A stretch of DNA of 57,610 nucleotides, counting the filler, from Deltaproteobacteria bacterium (lineage in GTDB: Bacteria > JAEEML01), in assembly GCA_016283195.1 (NCBI GenBank). It is 3 parts of 3 records of this genome, joined end to end, with 100 filler letters (N's around TTAATTAATTAA, not from the genome) between each part and the next. Parts side by side here need not be neighbours in the genome. Positions count along the whole stretch, not along the records: positions 19,327 to 40,122 come from JAEEML010000139.1; positions 40,223 to 57,610 come from JAEEML010000140.1; 1 more part is not named here. One strand, given 5' to 3'. Made by a program: the position numbers and the translations under genes. The notes under the pieces were generated by a model. That model did no database searches, was not told where the DNA came from, and saw only the letters and a list, made by a program, of their open reading frames with translations. This document shows, in pieces, positions 36,459-46,400 of the stretch; the first letter of the stretch is position 1; the number at the start of each line of letters is the position of its first letter.

Positions 36459-38546
36459 TTACAGCACAGGCTTCATGGCCTTTACGCAAAAAGCCACAGT
36501 AGAAGCATTATGCAATAGAGCTGCCAGCGATGGCGATATTATACCAAGGAGGCCAAGAAGCATAAATGAAGTATTAACAGCTACGATATTGCGGTTATTA
36601 TTGTCGATTTTGGCCATAAGACGAGAGCCGAGCAAACGAGTTTTATAAAGGCTCTCAAGGCCATCATCACCGGCAAGAATTATATCTGCCGTTTCTCCGG
36701 TGATGTCGGCACAGTTGCCCATGGCAATGCCGGTGTCGGCCACTGCCAGAGCCGGCGCGTCGTTGATGCCGTCGCCAATCATAATCACCTTGTGGCCGTC
36801 TTTTTTATGTTGCTCGATAAATTTGAATTTATCTTCCGGCAGCGCCCGGCTTATATAGTGATCTATTCCGGCAAGCGCCGCTGCACTTCTCGCTGCGCCT
36901 TCATCATCACCGGTAATCATCACGCATTCTTCAACACCCGCCGCATGCAATTTTCTTATAACCGCCGCCGCATTGGGACGCACCGGATCGTTAATGGCAA
37001 AAATGGCTATCAGCTCTTTCTCCTCGGCCAGGTATAAAAGCGATTCGCCTTTATCTAGCGCCTCTTTTTGAATATTTTTCAGCTCCGCCGGCGCCGCCAC
37101 TTTTTCATCATCAAAAACAAAATGGTAGCTGCCGATAATCAGTTTATGGCCCGCAAGCTGCGTGGCAATGCCATGCGCCACTATATATTCAACTTTGGCA
37201 TGCTCCTCAGGGTGTAAAATTTCCCGCCTCTTGGCCTCATTAACCACCGCATTAGCCACAGGGTGCGCAAAATGCTCTTCAAGACAAGCGGCAATGGCCA
37301 GCACTTCATCTTCACTGCGCCCGCCGAAAGGTATAATGCGGACAAGCTGCGGCGTAGCGGCAGTTAGCGTGCCGGTTTTATCAAAGACAACGGTATCGGC
37401 CAGAGAAGCATCTTCCAAAAACTTGCCGCCTTTGACAACAATCCCATTTTCCGCCGCCTCCTTCATGGCGCTTAAAACCGCTATCGGAGAAGCCAGCTTC
37501 ATGGCGCAGGAATAATCAACCATCAGTGTGGCCATGACTTTAGCTATATCGCCGGTCAAAAGAAATACGCCGAGTGACAGCAAGAAATTATACTTAACCA
37601 GCGCATCGGCCAAGCGCTCGGAACGCACCTGCGACGACACTTTGAGCTGCTGGGAATTGTCAATCATGGCCAATATGTTCTGCACTTTTGTTTGACTACC
37701 CACCGCCCGCACTTCAACAAAAAGCTCGCCTTCCTGCACAATAGTGCCGGCAAAAACCGAGCTCCCGGCCCATTTTTCCACCGCCAGCGGCTCGCCGGTG
37801 ATGGAGGCCTGATTGATAAGACCTTCGCCGCGCAAAACCATGCCGTCAACCGGGATCATATTACCGGTGCGCACCGCCACCACATCGCCTTTTTTGATAA
37901 CGGAAAGCGGCACTGTTTTTTCTAAATTTCCTTCTACTTTCTGCACTTTATCATTTTGCGACAGCAGGCGGCCAGCTAAGTCGGAATATGATTTTTTCCT
38001 GGTGAATTCTTCTATCGTATCGCCGATATTTAAGAGGAAATTGATATTTGCAGCGGTTTTGGTGTCGCCGGTAATGAGGGCCATGGAGATGGCTGTGGCA
38101 TCCAGCACTTCCGATTTAAAGAGCTGGCCGCCGGCCGCCGTTTCCACCCCTTTAAGTATCCTTGAGCCCATGGAATAAACGCTTAGCGCCAAGTGCAGTG
38201 GCGGTGGCAGAAGGCGCTTTAAATAGTGCATGGCCGTCATAAGCGCCAAATCAAACAAAAGGCTGTCTTCTTTTTTCGGCTCCTCCACCGCCTCAAGCAT
38301 TTCCTTATTATTCAGGTATTTGTCCGAAAGCGCCATAAAATAGGCCATGATATGCTTTTCGGAAAGCTTTTTTGTGTCATACAAAATAAGGAATGAACCG
38401 GTGGTGTAATTTACGCTCACCGCCGTCATTCCCTCCTGCACTTCCAGCAAGCTACGGGCCAGAGCCGCCTGCCGCCTGGTGATTTTTGCCCGGTCATAAC
38501 GCACACGGATGCGCCCGGGCAGAGAATGTTTTATGCTAAAATTCAT
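36459..38546 (-). CDS. Heavy-metal P1B-type ATPase (YSCA intramembrane motif)
   Basis: HSLPGRIR N-terminus, ITGE, DYSCA, DKTGT, HP, GDGINDAPAL, HNAST. Confidence 0.93.
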   Translation of the reverse strand: MNFSIKHSLPGRIRVRYDRAKITRRQAALARSLLEVQEGMTAVSVNYTTGSFLILYDTKKLSEKHIMAYFMALSDKYLNNKEMLEAVEEPKKEDSLLFDLALMTAMHYLKRLLPPPLHLALSVYSMGSRILKGVETAAGGQLFKSEVLDATAISMALITGDTKTAANINFLLNIGDTIEEFTRKKSYSDLAGRLLSQNDKVQKVEGNLEKTVPLSVIKKGDVVAVRTGNMIPVDGMVLRGEGLINQASITGEPLAVEKWAGSSVFAGTIVQEGELFVEVRAVGSQTKVQNILAMIDNSQQLKVSSQVRSERLADALVKYNFLLSLGVFLLTGDIAKVMATLMVDYSCAMKLASPIAVLSAMKEAAENGIVVKGGKFLEDASLADTVVFDKTGTLTAATPQLVRIIPFGGRSEDEVLAIAACLEEHFAHPVANAVVNEAKRREILHPEEHAKVEYIVAHGIATQLAGHKLIIGSYHFVFDDEKVAAPAELKNIQKEALDKGESLLYLAEEKELIAIFAINDPVRPNAAAVIRKLHAAGVEECVMITGDDEGAARSAAALAGIDHYISRALPEDKFKFIEQHKKDGHKVIMIGDGINDAPALAVADTGIAMGNCADITGETADIILAGDDGLESLYKTRLLGSRLMAKIDNNNRNIVAVNTSFMLLGLLGIISPSLAALLHNASTVAFCVKAMKPVL

Positions 38547-38561
38547 GGCTGGCCCTTTCGA

Positions 38562-38774
38562 TTAGGCCTTTTGGGCCTCGGCATCGCGTTCGGCTTTTAC
38601 GTCTTCGGCATCTTCTTTAATGTTTTCAAAATACTTTTGGGCATCATCGCGCAGCTGCATACCGCCGGCCACAATGGTGGCACAGCCTTTTTTGAAGGTG
38701 GCTGTTTTGACTATAGCGGCCACGGCAAAACCGGCTACCATACCCCAAAGAAATCTTTTTGTGCTCTCGTTCAT
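38562..38774 (-). CDS. Small membrane-anchored protein associated with P1B ATPases (DUF6110/DUF1490-like)
   Basis: 70 aa, RBS AAGGAGG, N-terminal hydrophobic helix, ENIKEDAED tail; directly upstream of the ATPase. Confidence 0.7.
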   Translation of the reverse strand: MNESTKRFLWGMVAGFAVAAIVKTATFKKGCATIVAGGMQLRDDAQKYFENIKEDAEDVKAERDAEAQKA

Positions 38775-38790
38775 TTTATCCTCCTTAAAA

Positions 38791-38827
38791 AATTAGTTAG
38801 TGCTAAATCTTATTAGCACGGCTAATT
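38791..38827. promoter_or_regulatory. Palindromic operator, probably for a metal-responsive (DtxR/MntR-type) repressor
   Basis: AATTAG-TTA-GTGCTAA-ATCTTA-TTAGCAC-GG-CTAATT imperfect palindrome immediately upstream of the RBS. Confidence 0.6.
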
Positions 38828-38999
38828 AAATATACCTTTCAGTATTAAATGCAACTAAAAAATTGGGGGGGAGAGAGGGCGAGCTAGGTAGTGATTAAGA
38901 AAATTTATCAATAGATTTGCCCTTGTTTAGGTGGGCAATCGCCATTATTATGGGCATGACCAGTGCCCATATTGGCCGGGTAGCGAGGTTGGATGACGC

Positions 39000-40122
39000 A
39001 TGGCAGAGCCTAGCAAAAAGGAATTATCAGAAACCGATATTCGCACAATTTATATTACTCCGGCCATCACAAACGCCGGCTGGGTTATGGGCAGTCAGGT
39101 TAGAGAAGAAGAATCGTTTACCGCTGGTCGCATTTTTGTTAAGGGCAAGTTGGCAGTACGTGGTCAACGAAAAAGAGCAGACTATGTTCTTTATTATAAA
39201 CCCAATATGCCTGTGGCTGTCGTAGAAGCTAAGGACAACAACCATTATATAAGTGATGGTATTCAGCAAGCTCTTTCCTATGCCGAAACTTTGGATGTTC
39301 CTCTCGCTATTAGCAGTAATGGCGATGGTTTCTTTATTCGCTACCGGGGAAATTCTGGCCCCAAAAATGAAAAGGGGGAGCCCATTGCTGTAGAAGAGCG
39401 CGCTTTGGAACACTTTCCAACCCGTGAAGAAATCTGGAATTGTTACAAACGATATAAAGGGCTCGATACACCAGAAACGGAATCTATTGCTACGCAAGAT
39501 TATTTTTATGACAGCGAGGGCTATAAACCGCGTTATTACCAGCAAATTGCCATCAATCGCACGGTAGAAGCAATTGCCAAAGGACAAAAGCGCATTCTTT
39601 TGGTGATGGCAACAGGAACCGGCAAAACTTTTACCGCTTTCCAGATTATTTGGCGCTTATGGAAAAGCGGCTGGACAAAGAATAAGGCGAGTGGCAAGAC
39701 CCCACGCATTTTATTCCTGGCCGATCGCGAAAACTTAATTACCCAAACCAAACGCGGCGATTTCAAGCATTTTAAAGATAAGATGACTATCGTTCGCCAC
39801 AAACAGATAGATAAAGCCTTTGAAATATACCTTGCTCTTTATCAGGGGCTTACCAATTATGATGAAGATGCTGATGCTTATAGGGAATTTTCGCCGGATT
39901 TTTTCGACTTGGTTGTGGTGGATGAGTGTCATCGTGGCAGCGCCGCCGAAAATAGTGCCTGGCGAAAAATTTTGGATTACTTTAAAAGCGCTACGCATAT
40001 CGGTATGACTGCAACCCCGAAGGAAACAAAAGAAATCTCTTCAACTGAGTATTTTGGCGATCCTATATATACTTATTCGTTAAAGCAGGGAATCGATGCC
40101 GGATTCCTCGCTCCTTACAAAG
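39000..40122 (+). CDS. hsdR: Type I restriction enzyme R subunit (EcoEI-like), 3' truncated
   Basis: ADY...VVEAK nuclease motif, RYYQ, ATGTGKT, DECH, TATP, YSLKQGI..GFL. Confidence 0.93.
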
Positions 40123-40222
40123 NNNNNNNNNNNNNNNNNNNNNNNNNNNNNNNNNNNNNNNNNNNNTTAATTAATTAANNNNNNNNNNNNNNNNNNNNNN
40201 NNNNNNNNNNNNNNNNNNNNNN
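40123..40222. other. Artificial contig junction
   Basis: N runs flanking TTAATTAATTAA. Confidence 0.99.
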
Positions 40223-40280
40223 AAAGCTGGCTTTTAACTAATATCACCATCAATTTGCCGATAAGCAAAAACCAGTCTTG

Positions 40281-40952
40281 TTATAGCGTCCGCGCCGCCG
40301 TAACCACCCGCACTTCTTTGGGCTCCGCCGTTAAAATAGCCGCCACCATGGCTTCGGCTGTTGCCATGGTGGTCATAACATCGTCAAAAATAGTCACCAC
40401 CCGCCCGCGCAGCACTTCCGGTGTAAGGAGCATGAAAGCTCCTTGGGCATTTTTCAGGCGCTCTTCACGAGAAAGGCGCGACTGAGCCCGGCGGTGGCGG
40501 CGAGCAACAGCTCTATAATTAACAGCTATAGGCCGCATTTTCGCCGCCTCGGCCAAAATAAGCTCACACTGGTTAAAGCCGCGCATAAAGCGGCGGCGGT
40601 GCGATATGGGCACCGGCAGTACAATATCGGCGCCGGTAAGTAAATAGCGCGGGCAATTAGTCTCCATAATAATCGCCGCCAGAGCCCTGGCCGCCGCCAT
40701 ATTTTGCGAAAATTTTAGCGCCCTTATAAGGCGCGTCATTATAGTTATATAAGGGCCGCTACTGGCCGCGAGAACACCGGAAGGCAGCGTCATAAGCGAA
40801 TCTTCTTCATTAAAAAGCGCTAACTCCTCCAGGCACCTTTCGCAAAGCATAAAGCGGCTTTTATCATTAAGCAAAGAGCGGCAAGAGACGCACAAAGGCG
40901 GAAAGAAAAACGAGCTTAGGGAAGCTGTAAGAGAAGATATAGGGGAAATCAA
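40281..40952 (-). CDS. comF: ComF-family competence protein (zinc ribbon + PRTase domain)
   Basis: CVSC...CERC, PVP...R..RGFNQ, Q..L..EER..N..GAF, DDVMTT; TTG start uncertain. Confidence 0.88.
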   Translation of the reverse strand: MISPISSLTASLSSFFFPPLCVSCRSLLNDKSRFMLCERCLEELALFNEEDSLMTLPSGVLAASSGPYITIMTRLIRALKFSQNMAAARALAAIIMETNCPRYLLTGADIVLPVPISHRRRFMRGFNQCELILAEAAKMRPIAVNYRAVARRHRRAQSRLSREERLKNAQGAFMLLTPEVLRGRVVTIFDDVMTTMATAEAMVAAILTAEPKEVRVVTAARTL

Positions 40953-40953
40953 T

Positions 40954-42513
40954 TTAGTCTGCTTGGCGTTTCAAAAAGACAACAAGGCGCTTTAACTCTT
41001 CGTTAATACGAATATAATCCGGCTTGCCCACTTCAGAAGCGATGGTTTTTTCCATATCGGCAATACCGCTTTTGTCTTTGAATTTAAAGAGCGACCAAAT
41101 AGCAGCGCGGCGCACATCTTCGTCTTCATCGGCAGTAGCTTTAACAAGAGCCGGCACAGCGCTCTTATCATTAAGGCGGCCGAGCTCATAAGCGGCTTTA
41201 TTGCGCACTCTGGCATCGCCATCTGAGAGTTTTTTGAGCCAGCAAGCGCTATCTTTGTTACACTCGCCGGCAGCCACAAGACGCACCCGCTCATTGGCAG
41301 TGATACGTTTAACAGCTTCAACCGCCGCGGCATCATTAGAGGAAAAACCGGCGGCAAACTTATCAAGAGCGGCTAAATCTTTGCCTTCACCGAGCTGGGT
41401 ATAAGCTTTAATAACCACGCGCTTGGCATCGGCAGTGCCGGTATTAGCGGCATCCAGCAAGGCATCTACCACCGATCTATCGCTAATGCTGTTTATAGCC
41501 ATAGCATAGAATTCACGCGCTGAGGCATCCTGCTCATCACCTACGGCATCCGAAAGCAGCTGAGCCGATTCACTGCCACCAACCTTTTCCAAAGCGATGG
41601 TAATACTGCGCTTAATAAGGGGTTTTAACTGGAAGGATTCGTCGCTCATGGCGTCATATTTTTTGTATAAAGCCAAAAGCTTCTTTTCTATGCCTTCCGG
41701 GCGCAAATCGCCTAAAACTTCAATGGCTTTAACTTCAATAACTCCGGGCACATAGTTATATTGAGCAGCCATTTTTTGAATTTCTTCGTTTTTGCCGTCC
41801 AAAAGGTCGATAAGAGCCGGCACAGCGGCATCACCCACTTGGAAAAGAGCAAAACTGGCATAAGGATACAAACTGCTACCACGCTCGATAAAGAGGGCTT
41901 TAATCAAAACAGGAATGGCCGATTTATCACCAATATCACCCAGAGCTTCCACAGCGGTGCGGCGGATATTGGCATTTTCATCTTCCATCGCCACTTTGGA
42001 GAGAGCCGGCACAGCGCGGGCATCACCGATATTGCCGAGAGCCCGGCAGGCGGCTTTGCGAATATAAGGATCACCAGCATCAAGAAGAGCGATACCCACA
42101 TCAACACCCTCTTTGGCTTTTAAAATGCCAAGAGCTTCGATAATTTTTTCATTAGCTCTATTTACGGCTTTGCTTCTTTTATCAGCGCCAGAGCCCACAG
42201 CGGTATCCACCATGGCCACCAAATCGGGCACAGCGGAGAGGTCGCCGGCTTCAGCAAGGGCCGAGGCGGCACCCGCCCTATATTTTAGTTGATCTTTAGA
42301 TGTAAGAATAGCGCGGAGTTCCGGCACAGCTTTTAACTGACCAAGTTTTTGCAGGGCTTCATTTTGCACTTGCGGGTCCTGCTGGCGCGGATCATTTAAG
42401 ATTTGCAACCAGTAAGCCGGTTTTTGCTGATCGCGTTCTTTACAACCACCAATGGTGAGTAAAGCCAGCGGCAAAACCATTACTTTCATCCAATTTTTTA
42501 CACTCAAGTTCAT
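40954..42513 (-). CDS. HEAT/PBS-lyase repeat lipoprotein
   Basis: Start 42513 after AAGGAGGG; lipobox IGGC; repeated R..A..ALG.IGD..A(V/I)P.L units. Confidence 0.88.
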   Translation of the reverse strand: MNLSVKNWMKVMVLPLALLTIGGCKERDQQKPAYWLQILNDPRQQDPQVQNEALQKLGQLKAVPELRAILTSKDQLKYRAGAASALAEAGDLSAVPDLVAMVDTAVGSGADKRSKAVNRANEKIIEALGILKAKEGVDVGIALLDAGDPYIRKAACRALGNIGDARAVPALSKVAMEDENANIRRTAVEALGDIGDKSAIPVLIKALFIERGSSLYPYASFALFQVGDAAVPALIDLLDGKNEEIQKMAAQYNYVPGVIEVKAIEVLGDLRPEGIEKKLLALYKKYDAMSDESFQLKPLIKRSITIALEKVGGSESAQLLSDAVGDEQDASAREFYAMAINSISDRSVVDALLDAANTGTADAKRVVIKAYTQLGEGKDLAALDKFAAGFSSNDAAAVEAVKRITANERVRLVAAGECNKDSACWLKKLSDGDARVRNKAAYELGRLNDKSAVPALVKATADEDEDVRRAAIWSLFKFKDKSGIADMEKTIASEVGKPDYIRINEELKRLVVFLKRQAD

Positions 42514-42602
42514 ATCTTCCCTCCTTAAGTTTGCGGATAGAACAGAACTAGGCCCCATTACTAGCAATTTTCAAAGCGCTCGTCAATGCTGTAAAGCAGC
42601 TT

Positions 42603-43475
42603 TCAATCTCTAACTTTACAAAGAGCGGCCACGGCCTCGGGAATCGGCATCAAAAAGCCGTTCTTTATAAATTGCACCTCGGTCAACATATCGGTACACA
42701 CTGTGCCGGCGGCATCTATAATACGCTGATCAAGAATAAAGGTAGTCTCGTTAAAGGGCCGATATCCCACCAAAACTTCCAACTTATCACCAATATGACT
42801 GGCATTCATATAACGATTTATCTGGCGTTTTATTTTCAGGGGATTATTAGCGAGCCACAAAGATAACCTACTTGAATCTATAGCTTTTTTCAATGATTCA
42901 GCAAACGCTCTTTCGCAAAAATTAAAATAAGCCACATGATAAGTAATGCCCTGGGCATCGGTGTTTTCGTAATAAACCCGCACCGGCATTTTAAATGAAT
43001 AATGCTCACTCTTACCAAAAGGCACCGGCACCAGCATGGGCTCAAAGTGGGGCAAAGTTTCCCGGCTGGCCGGCAACTCCTCAGGGACCGGCACCAGTTC
43101 GCGCTCCATATTTAAAAACAGTAGCTCCACAATGGCTTCGGCCAGGAGGTCACCGTTTAAATTTTTCACTTGCTGCAAAAAAGCGGCGCGGTGCGAGGAA
43201 GTTTTATGGAGCGAAGAAATAATATTGAGCTCCTCCCCCATGTGGCCGGCAGCTAAAAAACGGGCCGATATTTTATAAACATTTATTATATATTTTGTAA
43301 GCCAGCTATCATTTAAGCCCAGAGAAAGGCAAATTTTTTCAATAGCTTCGAAGCGGCCTCTATCCATAAAACGCAGGTAGGCCTGGGGGGTGACTTCACA
43401 GTTATGATCGACATCATAACCATAAACCGTCACCGGCAGACAAAAAACTTGCCCAGCTGAGAGCTCGCGCTCCAT
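42603..43475 (-). CDS. Tandem hot-dog-fold acyl thioesterase (two YbgC/4HBT-like domains)
   Basis: VTVYGYDVDHN...Y..F..RGR and VRVYYENTDAQGITYH..YF.F.ERA; TAATG coupling to the PKS stop. Confidence 0.85.
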   Translation of the reverse strand: MERELSAGQVFCLPVTVYGYDVDHNCEVTPQAYLRFMDRGRFEAIEKICLSLGLNDSWLTKYIINVYKISARFLAAGHMGEELNIISSLHKTSSHRAAFLQQVKNLNGDLLAEAIVELLFLNMERELVPVPEELPASRETLPHFEPMLVPVPFGKSEHYSFKMPVRVYYENTDAQGITYHVAYFNFCERAFAESLKKAIDSSRLSLWLANNPLKIKRQINRYMNASHIGDKLEVLVGYRPFNETTFILDQRIIDAAGTVCTDMLTEVQFIKNGFLMPIPEAVAALCKVRD

Positions 43476-46400
43476 TATTCAGCCTGCCCAATGGTTTTTA
43501 AAACCAATTTGTCGATAGTAAAGAGCAAGCGGCCGCCAGGTTCGCGCACTGCCACATCCATAGTGGCTCCATCGATATCCATTTGATAAAGCTTTAAAAT
43601 ACAAATAGCTTCTTTAGTACTAACCGGCGCATGGCTTTGCATCAGACCAAATTCATAAGGCACAGCCATCACATTTTTAACTTGCATTACCCAAGCTGCC
43701 GCCGCTTGTACCGCCATATCGGCCATTACCGGGTCAATCACCATTTCAGAGGGCAGATTGATAAGAGCACGCGCCGATTCGGTTAGCACCATAAGAGCAA
43801 GGCAACTATCATTATCAAAAGTAAGCGCCTTGATTCCCCGGAAGATGGGGCCGGTTTTAAGCGATGAAGAGAAGTGACTGTCGAGCAATTGATAGAAGGT
43901 CACTTCAGCACTTTGTGCTTCTTTTGCGAGCTGTTTTATCTCTTTTGGGAGCGCTTTTAACTGGCTGGCCGGCGTATTTTCCTCTCTTGGCAGCAATTTG
44001 GCGCTGGCATAAGAAAGGTTTAAAAGCGCCTTTTCGGGCAAATTGGGCCGCTCTTTCGGCAACAGCACCAATTCATCACCATTACGCACCACCTCTACGG
44101 CAAAGTTTTCCTCGCGCACCCAAAGTGGGCGGCGAATATGAATATTGCCTAAAACAAAGCCAGTTTTTTTAGCTGCTTCGGCAAAAATCTCGGCAATAAA
44201 GGTGCCCGGGGCCACCGGTTTTAGCTGCACGCGGTGTTGCTCCAGATAAACGTCCTCGGAGCTCACAAAATTGGCCACGGCATTGCCATCGCCGGGCTGA
44301 GCTTCTAAGAGCGCACTCCGCGGACGTGCCGAAGAGGCAAGGGGCAAAATCGGCCGCGTATCGGCAAAAGCCGAAGCGGCATTTAAGGCGGATAGCACCT
44401 GCCAATTGCTGCCGGTAACGCCATTCATATAAAGAGCCACACCGGAGGGCACATCAAGCGGCACGAGGCCGGATTCGGCAAAACGTTTGGCCTCGGCAGC
44501 GGTCACCATGCCGGTGCCTACCCAGGCTGTCCATTGAATGGAGCGCGCTGCCAAATTGGGATAACGGGCCGCCAGCCATCTTGTAAAGCTATCGAGTAAA
44601 TCGTTAGAGAGCGCATAATCGGTTTGGCCGGCATTGCCAAAGAGACCGGCAATGGAGCTAAATACCGAAAGTAATTTAAGCTTACCGATATCCAAAGTGG
44701 CTATAATATCCAGCATGGGGCTAAGTTTGGTGCGCAGTGTAGCGGTGATTTGCTCATCGCTCAAATCGGCCAAAAGGTGCGATTTTTGGACTCCGGCGCC
44801 GTGGACAATACCCTTTATGCCGTACTTAGCATCAATTTCTTTAAGGAAAGCGGTAAATTCTACGGAATCAGTCACATCAATACGCCGATATTCGGCGCTG
44901 ATACCCAAAGCGGCTGCCCGCTCCAAATTGTTATTTACTTCCCACTCGGTGCGCATAGCAGCCGAACGCCGCTTGGCTTCACCCAGGTTAGCCACCTCTT
45001 TGTTGCGCACCAGATTCATTTCAAAATTGCGCAAATAAGTATCTAAATTTTCTTTAGGCGTAGAAAGCCAGCTTTCACCGCGTAAAAGCTTGGTACGACC
45101 AGTTAAAACCAGGCGACAACCGGTAGCTTCGGCCAGTGCCAAAACACATTCAAAAACAATGCCGCGCGCGCCGCCGGTAACCACCAAAGTATCATCGCGC
45201 TCTAAAATGGGCCGATATTCACGGCTGGCACCAAGCTTTGTAAGCACAGGTTTTACCAGGCCGTATTGGCTATAACCAAGCTCAAAGCTCTTGCTTTCAT
45301 AAGGCAAGACGCTCTTTAGGGCATCTATCCAGTTATCGCCGCCATCTAAAAGCAGGAAGGAAGAAGTGGTGATTTCGCGGCGCAGACAACGCACAAAGCC
45401 GGCCGGGAAAGAGGCCACAAGAGCATCATAAGCTCCTTCGCTACCAAAAGCACCGTCCATGGCGATGGGCACAATAACTCGCCTGGCTTGTTTTTGCAGC
45501 TCCGGCGCCAAGGCTTTAAAGACATCATAAATAGTGCTTGTTTCCTTTAAAATGGCTGTAACCAGCTCCTGGCCCTGTCCTTTTTGGCTATAAAGATCGC
45601 GATGAGCCGCATAAATGATAGTATCGTGATCTTTAACCATAGCGCCAAGCTGAACAGAACTATTATTTAATAATTCCGCTGTCTTAATAACTGTGGTTTT
45701 GATCTTTTGCGCCTCTATTTGCGAGACAAATTTACCAACCCATGGTTTTCTCGTGCTCACAATAATAAGCACTTTACGGCACTTTTGCGGAATTAAATCA
45801 CCGGGCTCCACCGGCACAGCGGTGCTCACAAAAAGCTGATTAGGACTTTTAAGCAGAGCTTCTTTATGGCGCTCCGGCAAAGTAAAGGGCTCAGCACTTA
45901 GCGGTTTTGCTCTATCGGCCAGAGGAGCGACCAGCGGCCTTGCGGCAGCAGAAGCCGGAGCAGTTTCAGCAGCAGCTCCGCGGCCGGCCTTTTCGAGGCC
46001 TGCGGCCATGGCCGCTATGGTAGCTTTGCCCTCGGGGCGCACTGTGGGATCCAGCTGGTAATCTTTGACAAGGCCCATCCATATTTCGGCTCTTTGCACG
46101 GAATCTATACCAAGATCGGCCTCGAGTTCCAAATTATCTTCCAGCATTTCCAGCGGATAGCCGGTGCTCTCCACTAAGCGCTCTTTGACTAGCGAGGCCC
46201 ACTCGGCTGCACTCTTAGCACTTGAGGCGCTCTCCGCCGCCGCTATAGTAGTATCTGGGGCGGCGGCGGAAATGGCGGCAGCCGGAGCTATAGCTTGAGC
46301 AGCAGCGCTACCAGCCGCAGCTTGTCCGGCGGCGGCGCCGACATTAGCCGCCTGGGTGGCGCCGCCGCGGCCGGCCTTTTCAAGGCCTTCGGCCATGGCC

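Noticed and set aside
40257-40264. Second GCCGATAA (sigma28 -10 box)
   Set aside because: The -35 position reads CTAA, and it points antisense into comF.
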